NCBI GenBank assembly: GCA_946629665.1
Contig: CAMOYC010000001.1
Location: forward strand, 1-58,648
From: an uncultured Lachnospiraceae bacterium
GTDB taxonomy: Bacteria > Bacillota > Clostridia > Lachnospirales > Lachnospiraceae
Reading direction: 5' to 3'
DNA: 58,648 nucleotides
Positions 1-9,795 of the stretch are shown piece after piece. The notes below the pieces were generated by a model that worked only from the letters and a program-made list of their open reading frames with translations, made no database searches and was not told where the DNA came from. Within the stretch, counting starts at the first letter, position 1, and every line of letters begins with the position of its first letter. Both the position numbers and the translations under genes were made by a program.

Positions 1-1
1 T

Positions 2-751
2 TATCCGGTTTCCGGCCAGACCTATTCCAGAAAGGTGGACAGCCGGGTGCTCAATGTATTGGCCGGCATTGCCCAGTCCGCCCATAAGTTTTCCAATGAT
101 ATCCGGCTTCTCCAGCATCTGAAAGAGATTGAGGAGCCCTTCGAGAAGAACCAGATCGGTTCCTCTGCCATGGCCTACAAGAGGAACCCTATGAGGAGCG
201 AAAGGATCGCTTCTCTGGCTAACTATGTGATGGCGGACACCATAAATCCGCAGATCGTGGCTGCTACCCAGTGGTTTGAGAGGACCCTGGATGATTCCGC
301 CAACAAGAGATTATCCATACCGGAAGGATTCCTGGCGATCGATGGGATCCTGGATCTTTATCTGAACGTGGTAGATGGGCTTGTGGTATATCCCAAAGTC
401 ATCGAGGCCCATCTGATGAAGGAGCTGCCTTTCATGGCAACCGAGAACATCATGATGGATGCCGTAAAGGCAGGCGGAGACCGTCAGGAGCTTCATGAGA
501 GGATCCGCCAGCATTCCATGGCAGCCGGCAAGGTTGTCAAGGAAGAGGGCAAGGACAATGATCTGCTCGAGCGGATCGCAGCGGATCCGGCCTTCGGTCT
601 GACGATCGACCAGCTGAATGCGATCATGAAACCTGAGAATTTTGTCGGCAGAGCCCCTGCCCAGACAGAAGAATTCATCAGGGAGCATGTGCAGCCGGTC
701 CTTGATCAGAATCGGCAGATCCTCGGCCTCACCGCGGAGATCAATGTATAA
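2..751 (+). CDS. purB: Adenylosuccinate lyase (5'-truncated by window edge)
   Basis: Frame is open from the window start ([17 protein letters not shown]). Contains the fumarase/ASL signature [11 protein letters not shown]; purA lies nearby. Confidence 0.95.
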   Translation, partial: YPVSGQTYSRKVDSRVLNVLAGIAQSAHKFSNDIRLLQHLKEIEEPFEKNQIGSSAMAYKRNPMRSERIASLANYVMADTINPQIVAATQWFERTLDDSANKRLSIPEGFLAIDGILDLYLNVVDGLVVYPKVIEAHLMKELPFMATENIMMDAVKAGGDRQELHERIRQHSMAAGKVVKEEGKDNDLLERIAADPAFGLTIDQLNAIMKPENFVGRAPAQTEEFIREHVQPVLDQNRQILGLTAEINV

Positions 752-783
752 AAAACAGACAGCAAAAGAAAGGTGGAGAAGTT

Positions 784-2469
784 TTGGACGAGTTTGGCAA
801 GATGGACAGCCGGTCCGATAACAACAATGTTCTGACACAGGCGTCGATCCTGATGGTAGCGGGTATCATTACAAGGATCATCGGCGTATTATACCGCAGT
901 CCGGTCACCAGCATCATCGGTGACGAAGGAAATGGCTATTACGGCATAGCCGTGAATATCTATACCATGATCCTGCTGATTTCTTCCTACTCGATCCCTA
1001 TGGCAGTATCAAAGGTCGTGTCCGGAAAGCTGGCACTGAAACAGTACCGGGAAGCTCATAAGGTGTTCCGCTGTGCCCTCATGTACGTGTTCTTTGTGGG
1101 AGGCATTGCCAGCCTGATCACTTTCTTCGGCGCCCCCTTCTTTATCCCTGAGAGTCAGTACAAGGCGATCCCGGTTCTCCGGATCCTGGCTCCGACGGTT
1201 TTCTTCTCAGGATTTCTGGGAGTGTTAAGGGGATATTTCCAGGCACACGGGACCATGATGCCGACATCCATATCCCAGATCGTGGAACAGATTGCCAATG
1301 CGATCGTCAGCATCGGTGCGGCAATTCTCTTCATCCGGCTTTTCGCCGGCGGCGATCCGGAGAAGGTTCCGGTCTTTGGTGCGATGGGAAGTGCGGCCGG
1401 TATCGGAGCCGGTGTGCTGATCGGCCTGCTGTTTATGCTGATGTTGTACCTGTTCAACATTTCCTTCTTCCGGAAACGAAGAAACAGGGATACTTCCGGT
1501 GTGGAAAGTTCCACCGGCCAGATTTTTAAAGTGATCATCCTGATGGTGACACCGGTGATCTTAAGTACCTTTGTCTACAACATTAATCCGGTGATCGACC
1601 AGACCCTATTCATGGATGTGATGGACTTTAAGAGGGTTGGGGCCTCCTTTGCGGCAGAGCTCTATGGTGTATTTTCCGGGAAATACTGGGTGCTGATCAA
1701 CGTCCCGGTAGCCCTGGCCAACTCCATGTCCACCGCTATGATCCCGGCAGTGTCCGGCAGCTACACCCTTGGAGATTATGAGAAATGCAGCGGACATGTC
1801 AGAAGCGCGATCCACTTTACCATGATGATCGCAATCCCTTCTGCGATCGGCATGGCTGTGCTTGCCCGCCCGATCATGGAGGTGCTTTTCCCGCAGAGGG
1901 CAACCATAGATATCGCGGTAGCTCTTTTGCAGACAGGCTGTATCAGCATTGTCTTTTACAGTTTATCCACGGTATCCAACGGCGTGCTCCAGGGCATCGG
2001 CAAGGTGAATATCCCTCTGCGTAATGCAGCGACATCCCTGCTGGCCCATATCCTGCTGCTGGCACCCTTGTTATATTTTACGGATCTTGATCTTTATGCA
2101 CTCGTTTTTGCCAGCATGTTTTATTCTTTCATCATGTGTGTGCTTAATAATATGGCTGTCAGAAAACATATACACTACCGACAGGAATGGAAAAAGACTT
2201 TTATCATCCCCTTCCTGTCAGCCCTGGTTATGGGCGTTTTCTGCTATGTGTTCTATCAGGGAATGGACTTCATCCTGATGAAAGCCTTTGCGGCCTATCT
2301 GCCGATCCGGGTTATCATCATGGCAGGTATGCTGTGCAGTGTCGTCTTCGCGGTCATGGTTTACTTTGTGATGGAACTGAAGCTGAAAGGTGTCACGGAG
2401 GAAGAACTTCGTGGCTTCCCCAAGGGAGGAGCCCTGGTCAGACTGGCGAAAAAGTCCGGCCTTCTGTAA
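784..2469 (+). CDS. SpoVB/MurJ-like MOP-superfamily flippase (polysaccharide biosynthesis protein)
   Basis: 561 aa polytopic membrane protein with RIIGVLYR..IIGDEGNGYY and VLRGYFQ motifs typical of the SpoVB/YabM/MurJ(YtgP) family. TTG start preceded by GGAG. Confidence 0.85.
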   Translation: MDEFGKMDSRSDNNNVLTQASILMVAGIITRIIGVLYRSPVTSIIGDEGNGYYGIAVNIYTMILLISSYSIPMAVSKVVSGKLALKQYREAHKVFRCALMYVFFVGGIASLITFFGAPFFIPESQYKAIPVLRILAPTVFFSGFLGVLRGYFQAHGTMMPTSISQIVEQIANAIVSIGAAILFIRLFAGGDPEKVPVFGAMGSAAGIGAGVLIGLLFMLMLYLFNISFFRKRRNRDTSGVESSTGQIFKVIILMVTPVILSTFVYNINPVIDQTLFMDVMDFKRVGASFAAELYGVFSGKYWVLINVPVALANSMSTAMIPAVSGSYTLGDYEKCSGHVRSAIHFTMMIAIPSAIGMAVLARPIMEVLFPQRATIDIAVALLQTGCISIVFYSLSTVSNGVLQGIGKVNIPLRNAATSLLAHILLLAPLLYFTDLDLYALVFASMFYSFIMCVLNNMAVRKHIHYRQEWKKTFIIPFLSALVMGVFCYVFYQGMDFILMKAFAAYLPIRVIIMAGMLCSVVFAVMVYFVMELKLKGVTEEELRGFPKGGALVRLAKKSGLL

Positions 2470-2475
2470 ATGCCG

Positions 2476-2496
2476 GCCGGCTATGTCCGGCTTTTT
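2476..2496 (+). terminator. Probable intrinsic terminator
   Basis: GCCGG-ctatgt-CCGGC followed by TTTTT just after the stop codon. Confidence 0.5.
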
Positions 2497-2612
2497 GCCG
2501 GGATGGATCAGACTTTACTATTCATGCGTTTTATTATATAATTAAAATGTTGTGCAATTTTAATGTGTAGACAAGCACGAACTTACAGAGACAAAGCTAG
2601 GAGGAATCACTC

Positions 2613-3902
2613 ATGGTAAAAGCGATTGTTGGCGCGAATTGGGGAGATGAAGGAAAAGGTAAGATCACGGATTCCCTTGCAGAGAATTCTGATATTATCA
2701 TTCGTTTCCAGGGCGGTGCGAATGCCGGCCACACAATCATCAATAATTATGGTAAATTTGCTCTTCATACACTTCCTTCGGGAGTGTTTTATGACCATAC
2801 AACCTGTATCATCGGAAACGGTGTGGCCCTCAATATTCCGATCCTTGTAAAGGAGATTGAGGAGATCGTCAGCCAGGGAGTTCCCAAGCCCAGGATCCTG
2901 GTTTCCGAGAGGGCTCAGATCGTCATGCCTTATCACATTTTATTCGACCAGTATGAGGAAGAACGGTTAGGAGGCAAGTCCTTCGGATCCACCAAATCCG
3001 GAATTGCTCCTTTTTATTCGGATAAATATGCCAAGATCGGTTTCCAGGTGAGCGAGCTGTTCTCCGGTGAGGAGGCCCTGAAAGAGAAGATCGAAAGAGT
3101 CCTCGTGCAGAAGAATGTTCTTCTTGACCACCTGTATCATAAACCGCAGATCGATGCGGACGAGTTATATCAGACCCTGGTGGAATACAGGGATATGATA
3201 GAGCCTTATGTATGTAATGTATCCCTCTACCTGGACCAGGCTCTGAAAGAGGGAAAGGAGATCCTGCTGGAAGGTCAGCTGGGTACTCTGAAAGACCCCG
3301 ACCATGGTATCTATCCGATGGTCACATCTTCCTCCACCCTTGCTTCCTACGGAGCGATCGGTGCAGGTATCCCGCCCTACGCGATCGAGAAGATCATCAC
3401 TGTAGTGAAGGCTTACTCCAGCGCAGTGGGGGCCGGTGCTTTCGTCAGCGAGATCTTCGGGGATGAGGCGCAGGAGCTTCGTGTACGAGGCGGAGATGGC
3501 GGAGAGTTCGGCGCAACCACAGGCCGTCCCAGAAGAATGGGCTGGTTTGATTGTGTTGCTTCCAAGTACGGATGCCGCCTGCAGGGTACCACTGATGTGG
3601 CATTTACCGTGGTAGATGTACTCGGATATCTCGATGAGATCCCTGTCTGCGTCGGTTATGAGATTGATGGTGAAGTTACCACTGAATTTCCTGTAACCTG
3701 GCAGCTTGAGAAGGCAAAACCAGTGCTCAAAACTCTGCCGGGATGGAAATGTGACATCCGGGGAATCAGGAACTATGAAGATCTCCCGGAGAACTGCAGA
3801 AACTATATTGAATTTATCGAGGAACAGATCGGCTATCCGATTACCATCGTTTCCAACGGACCCGGAAGAGATGAAGTGATATACAGAGGATTCGAGAAAT
3901 AA
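2613..3902 (+). CDS. purA: Adenylosuccinate synthetase
   Basis: GANWGDEGKGK P-loop, RFQGGANAGHT and GATTGRPRRMGWFD motifs; AGGAGG RBS. Confidence 0.97.
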   Translation: MVKAIVGANWGDEGKGKITDSLAENSDIIIRFQGGANAGHTIINNYGKFALHTLPSGVFYDHTTCIIGNGVALNIPILVKEIEEIVSQGVPKPRILVSERAQIVMPYHILFDQYEEERLGGKSFGSTKSGIAPFYSDKYAKIGFQVSELFSGEEALKEKIERVLVQKNVLLDHLYHKPQIDADELYQTLVEYRDMIEPYVCNVSLYLDQALKEGKEILLEGQLGTLKDPDHGIYPMVTSSSTLASYGAIGAGIPPYAIEKIITVVKAYSSAVGAGAFVSEIFGDEAQELRVRGGDGGEFGATTGRPRRMGWFDCVASKYGCRLQGTTDVAFTVVDVLGYLDEIPVCVGYEIDGEVTTEFPVTWQLEKAKPVLKTLPGWKCDIRGIRNYEDLPENCRNYIEFIEEQIGYPITIVSNGPGRDEVIYRGFEK

Positions 3903-3915
3903 GGAGGAAGTATCT

Positions 3916-4938
3916 ATGAAACTACTCTCTATAGCGATTCCAAGCTACAATTCCATGGATTATATGAGGAACTGCATCGAAAGTTTACTTCCGGGCGGTG
4001 ACGAAGTGGAGATCCTGATCGTCGACGACGGTTCCAAAGACGAAACTCCGCAGATCGCGGATGAGTATGAAGCCAGATATCCCGGGATCTGCAAGGCAGT
4101 CCACCAGGAGAATGGAGGACATGGTGAGGCAGTGAACGCCGGACTCAGGAATGCAACCGGATATTTCTATAAAGTGGTTGACAGTGATGACTGGGTTGGC
4201 GCGGAGGCCTATCAGCAGATCCTTGACTTTCTGCGGGAGGCGGTGAAGGAGGAAATCCCTCTGGATATGCTGATCTCCAACTACATCTATGATAAGGTAG
4301 GAGTTACCCGGAAAAAAGTGATCCATTATCACGGTATCCTGCCCCAGGATCGTTATTTTGGCTGGGAGGAAGTCGGTACTTTCGGTGTGTCCCAGAATAT
4401 TCTGATGCATTCCGTGATCTACAGGACCCAGCTCCTGAAAGACTGTGGATTTGAACTGCCGAAACATACATTTTATGTTGACAACCTGTTTGTGTATGAA
4501 CCCTTCCCCTACGTGAAGAAAATGTACTACCTGGACGTGGATTTTTACCATTATTTTATCGGCAGAGAAGACCAGTCAGTCAACGAGGCGGTAATGATCT
4601 CCAGGATCGACCAGCAGATCCGGGTGAACAAGAGAATGATCGACACCTTCGCCAAACATGAAGGATCTTTCTCCTGCGATACGCTTCGGAATTACATGCT
4701 TCATTATCTGGAGACCATCCAGACAGTCACTTCCGTCCTGCTGATGAAGAAGGATACACAGGAAGCGGACGAGATGAGGGATGACCTCTGGGAGTATCTG
4801 GAGAAACATTCACCTAATGCCCACGAAGCGATCAAGAAAACGGTCTTTGGCAAACTGATGAAATCCCACGGAAGGCTGACTCATAAGATCTCAATGGGAG
4901 GTTATAAGATTGCCCAGAAATGGATCGGATTCAACTAG
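3916..4938 (+). CDS. Glycosyltransferase family 2
   Basis: LSIAIPSYN, IVDDGSKD, NGGHG and VDSDD (DxD) motifs. Confidence 0.92.
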   Translation: MKLLSIAIPSYNSMDYMRNCIESLLPGGDEVEILIVDDGSKDETPQIADEYEARYPGICKAVHQENGGHGEAVNAGLRNATGYFYKVVDSDDWVGAEAYQQILDFLREAVKEEIPLDMLISNYIYDKVGVTRKKVIHYHGILPQDRYFGWEEVGTFGVSQNILMHSVIYRTQLLKDCGFELPKHTFYVDNLFVYEPFPYVKKMYYLDVDFYHYFIGREDQSVNEAVMISRIDQQIRVNKRMIDTFAKHEGSFSCDTLRNYMLHYLETIQTVTSVLLMKKDTQEADEMRDDLWEYLEKHSPNAHEAIKKTVFGKLMKSHGRLTHKISMGGYKIAQKWIGFN

Positions 4939-5326
4939 GAAGAATCTGGATATCATCCTGATCCTTGTTCTTTTGGCCATTGCAGGCCTGCTGTTCGCGG
5001 CAAGGTTCCTCTATTACGGAGGAGGCGGCGGAGCAGGGGGGACCAAGGCGGTCCTTCTGGTTACTGTGGATGGAAAAGAGCAGGGCAGGTATCCTTTGGA
5101 CCGGAACAACAAGATCCTGCTGGGGGATAAGGACTGGTCCAATACCCTGATGATCCGGGATGGGAAGGCTTCTGTCACGGAAGCCGACTGTCCGGATAAG
5201 ATCTGTGTGCATCATGCACCGATCGGCAGGAGAGGAGAGAATATCGTCTGTCTTCCCCACAAGCTGGTCGTGGAAGTCGTGAGTCCGGACGAGGACCGGG
5301 ATGGCCTTGACGGGATTACACGATGA
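4910..5326 (+). CDS. NusG domain II (DUF1312/Lin0431-like) membrane-anchored protein
   Basis: N-terminal TM helix, then ADCPDKICV..IVCLPHKLVV, the signature of the family. TTG start with GGGAGG upstream. Confidence 0.85.
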   Translation: MPRNGSDSTRKNLDIILILVLLAIAGLLFAARFLYYGGGGGAGGTKAVLLVTVDGKEQGRYPLDRNNKILLGDKDWSNTLMIRDGKASVTEADCPDKICVHHAPIGRRGENIVCLPHKLVVEVVSPDEDRDGLDGITR

Positions 5327-5518
5327 GGAGATTCTGAATATGTTTTTAATGAGATGAGAAAAAGTGAAGACCAAGAATTGTTACCTGATTAATCGTTCTT
5401 GATTTTCGCTTTTTTTTCGTATATTATTATGATGGTCTACAGGCAACTGTAATATTTTTTTTAGATAATTTTTAAAATATGACAGCTTGTATGAATTGGA
5501 AAGAAAGAAGGTAAAGTT

Positions 5519-6835
5519 ATGGGACTACTAACTTTTAAAGGTGGCCTCCATCCCTACGACGGGAAAGAGTTGAGCAAGGATCAGCCGATCAAGGAGTACC
5601 TGCCCCAGGGCGATCTGGTATTTCCGCTGAGCCAGCATATCGGCGCTCCGGCGAAGGCCTGCGTCAAGAAGAATGACCGGGTTCTTGTCGGACAGAAGAT
5701 CGCAGAGGCAGGAGGTTTCGTATCTGCGAACATACACAGCTCTGTTTCCGGCAAGGTCAAGAAGATCGAGAACCGAATGACGGTTTCCGGCAATAAAGTG
5801 ACCTGCATTGTTGTAGAGAATGACGGCGAGTACGAACAGGTACCCTTTGAACCGGTTAAGGAACTGACAAGAGACAATATTATCGCAGCCGTGAAAGATG
5901 CCGGGATCGTGGGTCTGGGCGGAGCAGGTTTCCCCACCCATGTGAAATTATCCCCCAAGGAGCCGGATAAGATCGATACCATCATCATCAACGCGGCAGA
6001 GTGTGAACCTTACATCACGGCGGATTACCGCTGCATGATGGAGATTCCGGACCAGCTGATCTCCGGCTTGAATCTGATCCTGTCCCTCTTCCCGACCGCT
6101 AAGGGTGTGATCGGAATTGAAGATAATAAGCCTGATGCGATTGCCAAGCTGAAGAAAATGTGCGAGGATGAGCCCAGGATTGAGGTTGCTTCCCTGAAGA
6201 CCAAGTACCCTCAGGGAGCAGAGAGATCCCTGATCTACGCGGTGACCGGCAGGGCGATCAACTCCGGTATGCTTCCTGCAGATGCAGGCTGCATTGTTGA
6301 TAACGTGGCTACCGCGATCGCCATCCATGAGGCGGTTACTTTGGGCAAGCCTCTCTACGAGAGAGTTGTCACTGTGACCGGAGATGCGATCGTCAATCCC
6401 GGCAACTTTAAGGTGAAAGCAGGAACCAACGCTGCAGAATTGGCGGAGGCAGCCGGCGGTTTTAAGACGAAACCGGAGAAAGTGATATCCGGTGGGCCCA
6501 TGATGGGGATGGCTCTGGGAACCCTGGACGTTCCCTGCGGGAAGACATTTTCGTCCCTCCTGTGTTTTACCAAAGACGAGGTTGCAGCCTGCGAGCCCGG
6601 CAACTGTATCCGGTGCGGCCGTTGTGTCAGCGTCTGCCCGGCAGGTCTTATGCCGACAAAACTCTCAGAGCTTGCGGACCGTGGAGAGTTTGAACTGTTT
6701 GACCATATGAACGGATGTGAGTGTGTGGAGTGCGGATGCTGTTCTTTCATCTGCCCGGCCAAACGCAGACTCACCCAGTCCATGAAGACCGGACGCCGTG
6801 AGGCGATGGCTCTTCGCAGACGCAAAAAAGCATAA
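5519..6835 (+). CDS. rnfC: Rnf electron transport complex subunit C
   Basis: FKGGLHP, SQHIGAP, GLGGAGFPT and NAAECEPY motifs; two 4Fe-4S motifs (CIRCGRC, CVECGCC). Confidence 0.96.
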   Translation: MGLLTFKGGLHPYDGKELSKDQPIKEYLPQGDLVFPLSQHIGAPAKACVKKNDRVLVGQKIAEAGGFVSANIHSSVSGKVKKIENRMTVSGNKVTCIVVENDGEYEQVPFEPVKELTRDNIIAAVKDAGIVGLGGAGFPTHVKLSPKEPDKIDTIIINAAECEPYITADYRCMMEIPDQLISGLNLILSLFPTAKGVIGIEDNKPDAIAKLKKMCEDEPRIEVASLKTKYPQGAERSLIYAVTGRAINSGMLPADAGCIVDNVATAIAIHEAVTLGKPLYERVVTVTGDAIVNPGNFKVKAGTNAAELAEAAGGFKTKPEKVISGGPMMGMALGTLDVPCGKTFSSLLCFTKDEVAACEPGNCIRCGRCVSVCPAGLMPTKLSELADRGEFELFDHMNGCECVECGCCSFICPAKRRLTQSMKTGRREAMALRRRKKA

Positions 6836-6841
6836 GGAGAG

Positions 6842-7801
6842 GTGAACGATATGAATGATTTTTATAATGTATCAGCCAATCCTCATGTGAGAGATAAGGC
6901 TACGACCCACAGCATCATGCTGGATGTGATCATCGCGCTCCTCCCGGCAACGCTGTTCGGTTTCTGGAATTTCGGAATTACCGCGATCATCAACACGGTA
7001 TTATGTGTGGCGACCTGCGTGATCACGGAGTACGCATGGCAGCATTTCATGCATAAAAGGATCACCATCCACGACTGTTCTGCAGCCTTGACAGGCCTGC
7101 TGCTTGCCTTAAACCTGCCGCCCCAGGTTCCTTTCTGGATCCCGATCGTCGGCGGAGTTTTTGCGATCCTCGTCGTTAAGCAGATTTTTGGCGGCTTAGG
7201 ACAGAACTTTATGAATCCTGCTCTTGGAGCCCGCTGTTTCCTGCTGATCTCCTTCGCAGGGATCATGACGAACTTCTCGGCAAAGGGATTCGGAACGGTA
7301 TTTGACGCAACTACAGGAGCCACCCCCCTTGCTGCCCTCAAGGCGGGAGAAGCGGTGGACATCAAGGCCATGCTGATCGGTACAACAGCCGGTACGATCG
7401 GTGAGACTTCAGCCATCCTCCTGATCCTGGGCGGTCTTTATCTGCTCTGGAAAAAGGTGATCGACTGGAGGATCCCCTTTACCTATATTGTGACCCTGGC
7501 AATCTTCGTCCTTCTGTTCGGCGGACATGGATTTGACATGAATTATCTTGCTGCCCATCTGTTTGGCGGCGGCCTGATGCTTGGAGCCTTCTTCATGGCA
7601 ACAGACTATGTCACTTCTCCGATCACACCGAACGGAAAGATCATCTTTGGTATCTGCCTGGGAATCCTGACCGGCTTATTCCGTATCTTCGGAGGTTCCT
7701 CTGAAGGTGTATCCTATGCGATCATCTTCTCCAACCTTCTGGTTCCGCTGATCGAGAAGATCACGGTTCCTGTCGCTTTCGGGAAAGGAGGGAAGAAATA
7801 G
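6842..7801 (+). CDS. rnfD: Rnf complex subunit D
   Basis: FGGLGQNFMNPA, FMN-attachment motif TGATPL, FFMATDYVTSP. Start may be the ATG at 6851. Confidence 0.95.
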   Translation: MNDMNDFYNVSANPHVRDKATTHSIMLDVIIALLPATLFGFWNFGITAIINTVLCVATCVITEYAWQHFMHKRITIHDCSAALTGLLLALNLPPQVPFWIPIVGGVFAILVVKQIFGGLGQNFMNPALGARCFLLISFAGIMTNFSAKGFGTVFDATTGATPLAALKAGEAVDIKAMLIGTTAGTIGETSAILLILGGLYLLWKKVIDWRIPFTYIVTLAIFVLLFGGHGFDMNYLAAHLFGGGLMLGAFFMATDYVTSPITPNGKIIFGICLGILTGLFRIFGGSSEGVSYAIIFSNLLVPLIEKITVPVAFGKGGKK

Positions 7802-8431
7802 ATGAATGCATTAGTGAAAGATTGTCTGAAACTTGTCGTGATCACACTGGTTGCAGGTATTGCCCTCGGGGCCATCTATGGAATAACCAAGGAGCCGATC
7901 CGGGTGCAGGAAGAGAAGAAGCAGGTGGAGGCTTACAAGAAAGTCTTCCCGGATGCAGCAGCTTTTGAAGATCTGGAAGGCTTCAGCACAAAAAGTGCTT
8001 CCAAAGTGATCGCTGCTAACGATGCCAACACCGTGGAGGACCACGGCGGTGACATGATCAATAACGTTGTTGTTGCAAAGGATTCTTCCGGAGCAGCTTT
8101 AGGCTATATATTTGATGCTACGACCTCCAAGGGCTACGGCGGAGATATCCAGCTTACCGTTGGTATCAAGACGGATGGCACGGTAACCGGCTACTCCGTT
8201 CTTTCCATCGGAGAGACTGCCGGACTTGGAATGAATGCAACCAAGGAAGAATGGGCAGCTCAGTTTGCCGACAAGAAGGTGGACTCCTTCAGCGTGGTGA
8301 AGGACGGCAGCGGGGCATCGGATGATACAAAGATCGATGCGATCTCCGGCGCGACCATCACCTCCAAGGCGGTAACCGGTCTTATGAACAACTGTATTGC
8401 TTATTTCAAGACGATAGAAGGGGGGAAATAA
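7802..8431 (+). CDS. rnfG: Rnf complex subunit G
   Basis: N-terminal TM helix, GYGG, ETAGLG and FMN-attachment motif DAISGATITS. Confidence 0.95.
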   Translation: MNALVKDCLKLVVITLVAGIALGAIYGITKEPIRVQEEKKQVEAYKKVFPDAAAFEDLEGFSTKSASKVIAANDANTVEDHGGDMINNVVVAKDSSGAALGYIFDATTSKGYGGDIQLTVGIKTDGTVTGYSVLSIGETAGLGMNATKEEWAAQFADKKVDSFSVVKDGSGASDDTKIDAISGATITSKAVTGLMNNCIAYFKTIEGGK

Positions 8432-8433
8432 AA

Positions 8434-9186
8434 ATGAAACCAAACAGCCCTTCTGAACGATTATATAACGGTATCATTAAAGAGAACCCTACCCTGGTCC
8501 TGATCCTCGGTATGTGCCCTACCCTGGCGGTAACAACTTCCGCGATCAACGGTGCGGGCATGGGACTTACGACCACAGCGGTTTTAATGTTCTCCAACCT
8601 GATCATTTCCCTGCTCCGTGATTTTATTCCGGACAGAGTCAGGATCCCGGGTTATATTGTCATCATCGCATCTCTGGTAACGATCGTGCAGTTTGCCCTG
8701 CAGGCATATCTGCCGAGTCTGAATGATGCACTTGGAGTATATATCCCTCTGATCGTTGTAAACTGTATCATCCTCGGACGTGCGGAGGCCTACGCCAACA
8801 AGAATGCAGCGATGGCATCCTTCTTTGACGGAATCGGTATGGGTCTGGGCTTTACACTGTCCCTGACCATCCTCGGTGCGGTCCGTGAACTTTTAGGTGC
8901 GGGAAGCATATTCGGATTTACGGTGCTTCCGGAATCCATCTACACTCCGGCTACCATCTTTATTCTGGCCCCCGGCGCTTTCTTTGTGCTGTCCTGGCTC
9001 GTTGCGATCCGTAACAGACTCAACAACAGGAAGCCTAAAGAGGAAAGAAAAGAGCTGCCGGAAGGCTGTGGAGATTGTTCTACCTGTGGTCAGCCCTGTG
9101 GAGCCAGCAAGAGTTTCTTTGATACCTCTGTAGATACAAAGGAAGCAGCCCCGGCAGGGGAAACTGCTCCCAAAAAAGACGTGTAA
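8434..9186 (+). CDS. rnfE: Rnf complex subunit E (with Cys-rich C-terminal tail)
   Basis: LGMCPTLAVT and IPLIVVNCIILGRAE motifs. Confidence 0.95.
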   Translation: MKPNSPSERLYNGIIKENPTLVLILGMCPTLAVTTSAINGAGMGLTTTAVLMFSNLIISLLRDFIPDRVRIPGYIVIIASLVTIVQFALQAYLPSLNDALGVYIPLIVVNCIILGRAEAYANKNAAMASFFDGIGMGLGFTLSLTILGAVRELLGAGSIFGFTVLPESIYTPATIFILAPGAFFVLSWLVAIRNRLNNRKPKEERKELPEGCGDCSTCGQPCGASKSFFDTSVDTKEAAPAGETAPKKDV

Positions 9187-9204
9187 TAGAAAGGAGAAGA
9201 GAAC

Positions 9205-9780
9205 ATGAAAGAATTGATCTTGATCATCATTGGCGCTGCCATCGTCAACAACGTAGTGCTCAGCCAGTTCCTGGGTCTCTGTCCTTTCCTGGGTGTCTCA
9301 AAAAAGACAGAGACGGCAGCCGGCATGGGTGGTGCGGTTATCTTCGTAATCGTCATCGCTTCCTTTGTCACGGCAGTCATCAACAAATATATCCTTGTAA
9401 CTTTAGACCTTACCTATCTGCAGACGATCGTCTTCATCCTGGTCATCGCCGCGCTGGTTCAGTTTGTGGAGATGTTCCTGAAGAAGTCCATTCCGTCTCT
9501 CTATGAATCACTGGGAGTTTATCTTCCCCTGATCACTACCAACTGTGCAGTGCTTGGTGTTGCGCTGAATGCGGTTCAGTACAAGTACAGTATCCTGGAG
9601 TCTGTCATTTACGGGCTCGGTATCTCCGTTGGCTTTACGATCGCGATCGTGATCCTTGCCGGCATCCGTGAGAAGATGGAATACAATGACATCTCCGAGT
9701 CCTGGCAGGGTATGCCGATCGTCATGGCAACTGCAGGGCTGATGTCCATTGCTTTCTTTGGTTTTTCAGGTATCATTTAA
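9205..9780 (+). CDS. rnfA: Rnf complex subunit A
   Basis: NNVVLSQFLGLCPFLGVS and LPLITTNCAVLG motifs. Confidence 0.96.
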   Translation: MKELILIIIGAAIVNNVVLSQFLGLCPFLGVSKKTETAAGMGGAVIFVIVIASFVTAVINKYILVTLDLTYLQTIVFILVIAALVQFVEMFLKKSIPSLYESLGVYLPLITTNCAVLGVALNAVQYKYSILESVIYGLGISVGFTIAIVILAGIREKMEYNDISESWQGMPIVMATAGLMSIAFFGFSGII

Positions 9781-9795
9781 CAGGAGGAAAGGAAA

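Noticed and set aside
2500-2612. Purine riboswitch or PurR box upstream of purA
   Set aside because: No purine-riboswitch core is visible, and only a poor CGAAC-type match is present.
5405-5462. Poly-T tracts in the rnf promoter region as phase-variation sites
   Set aside because: Runs of 7-8 T are ordinary in AT-rich intergenic DNA, and there is no evidence of variation.
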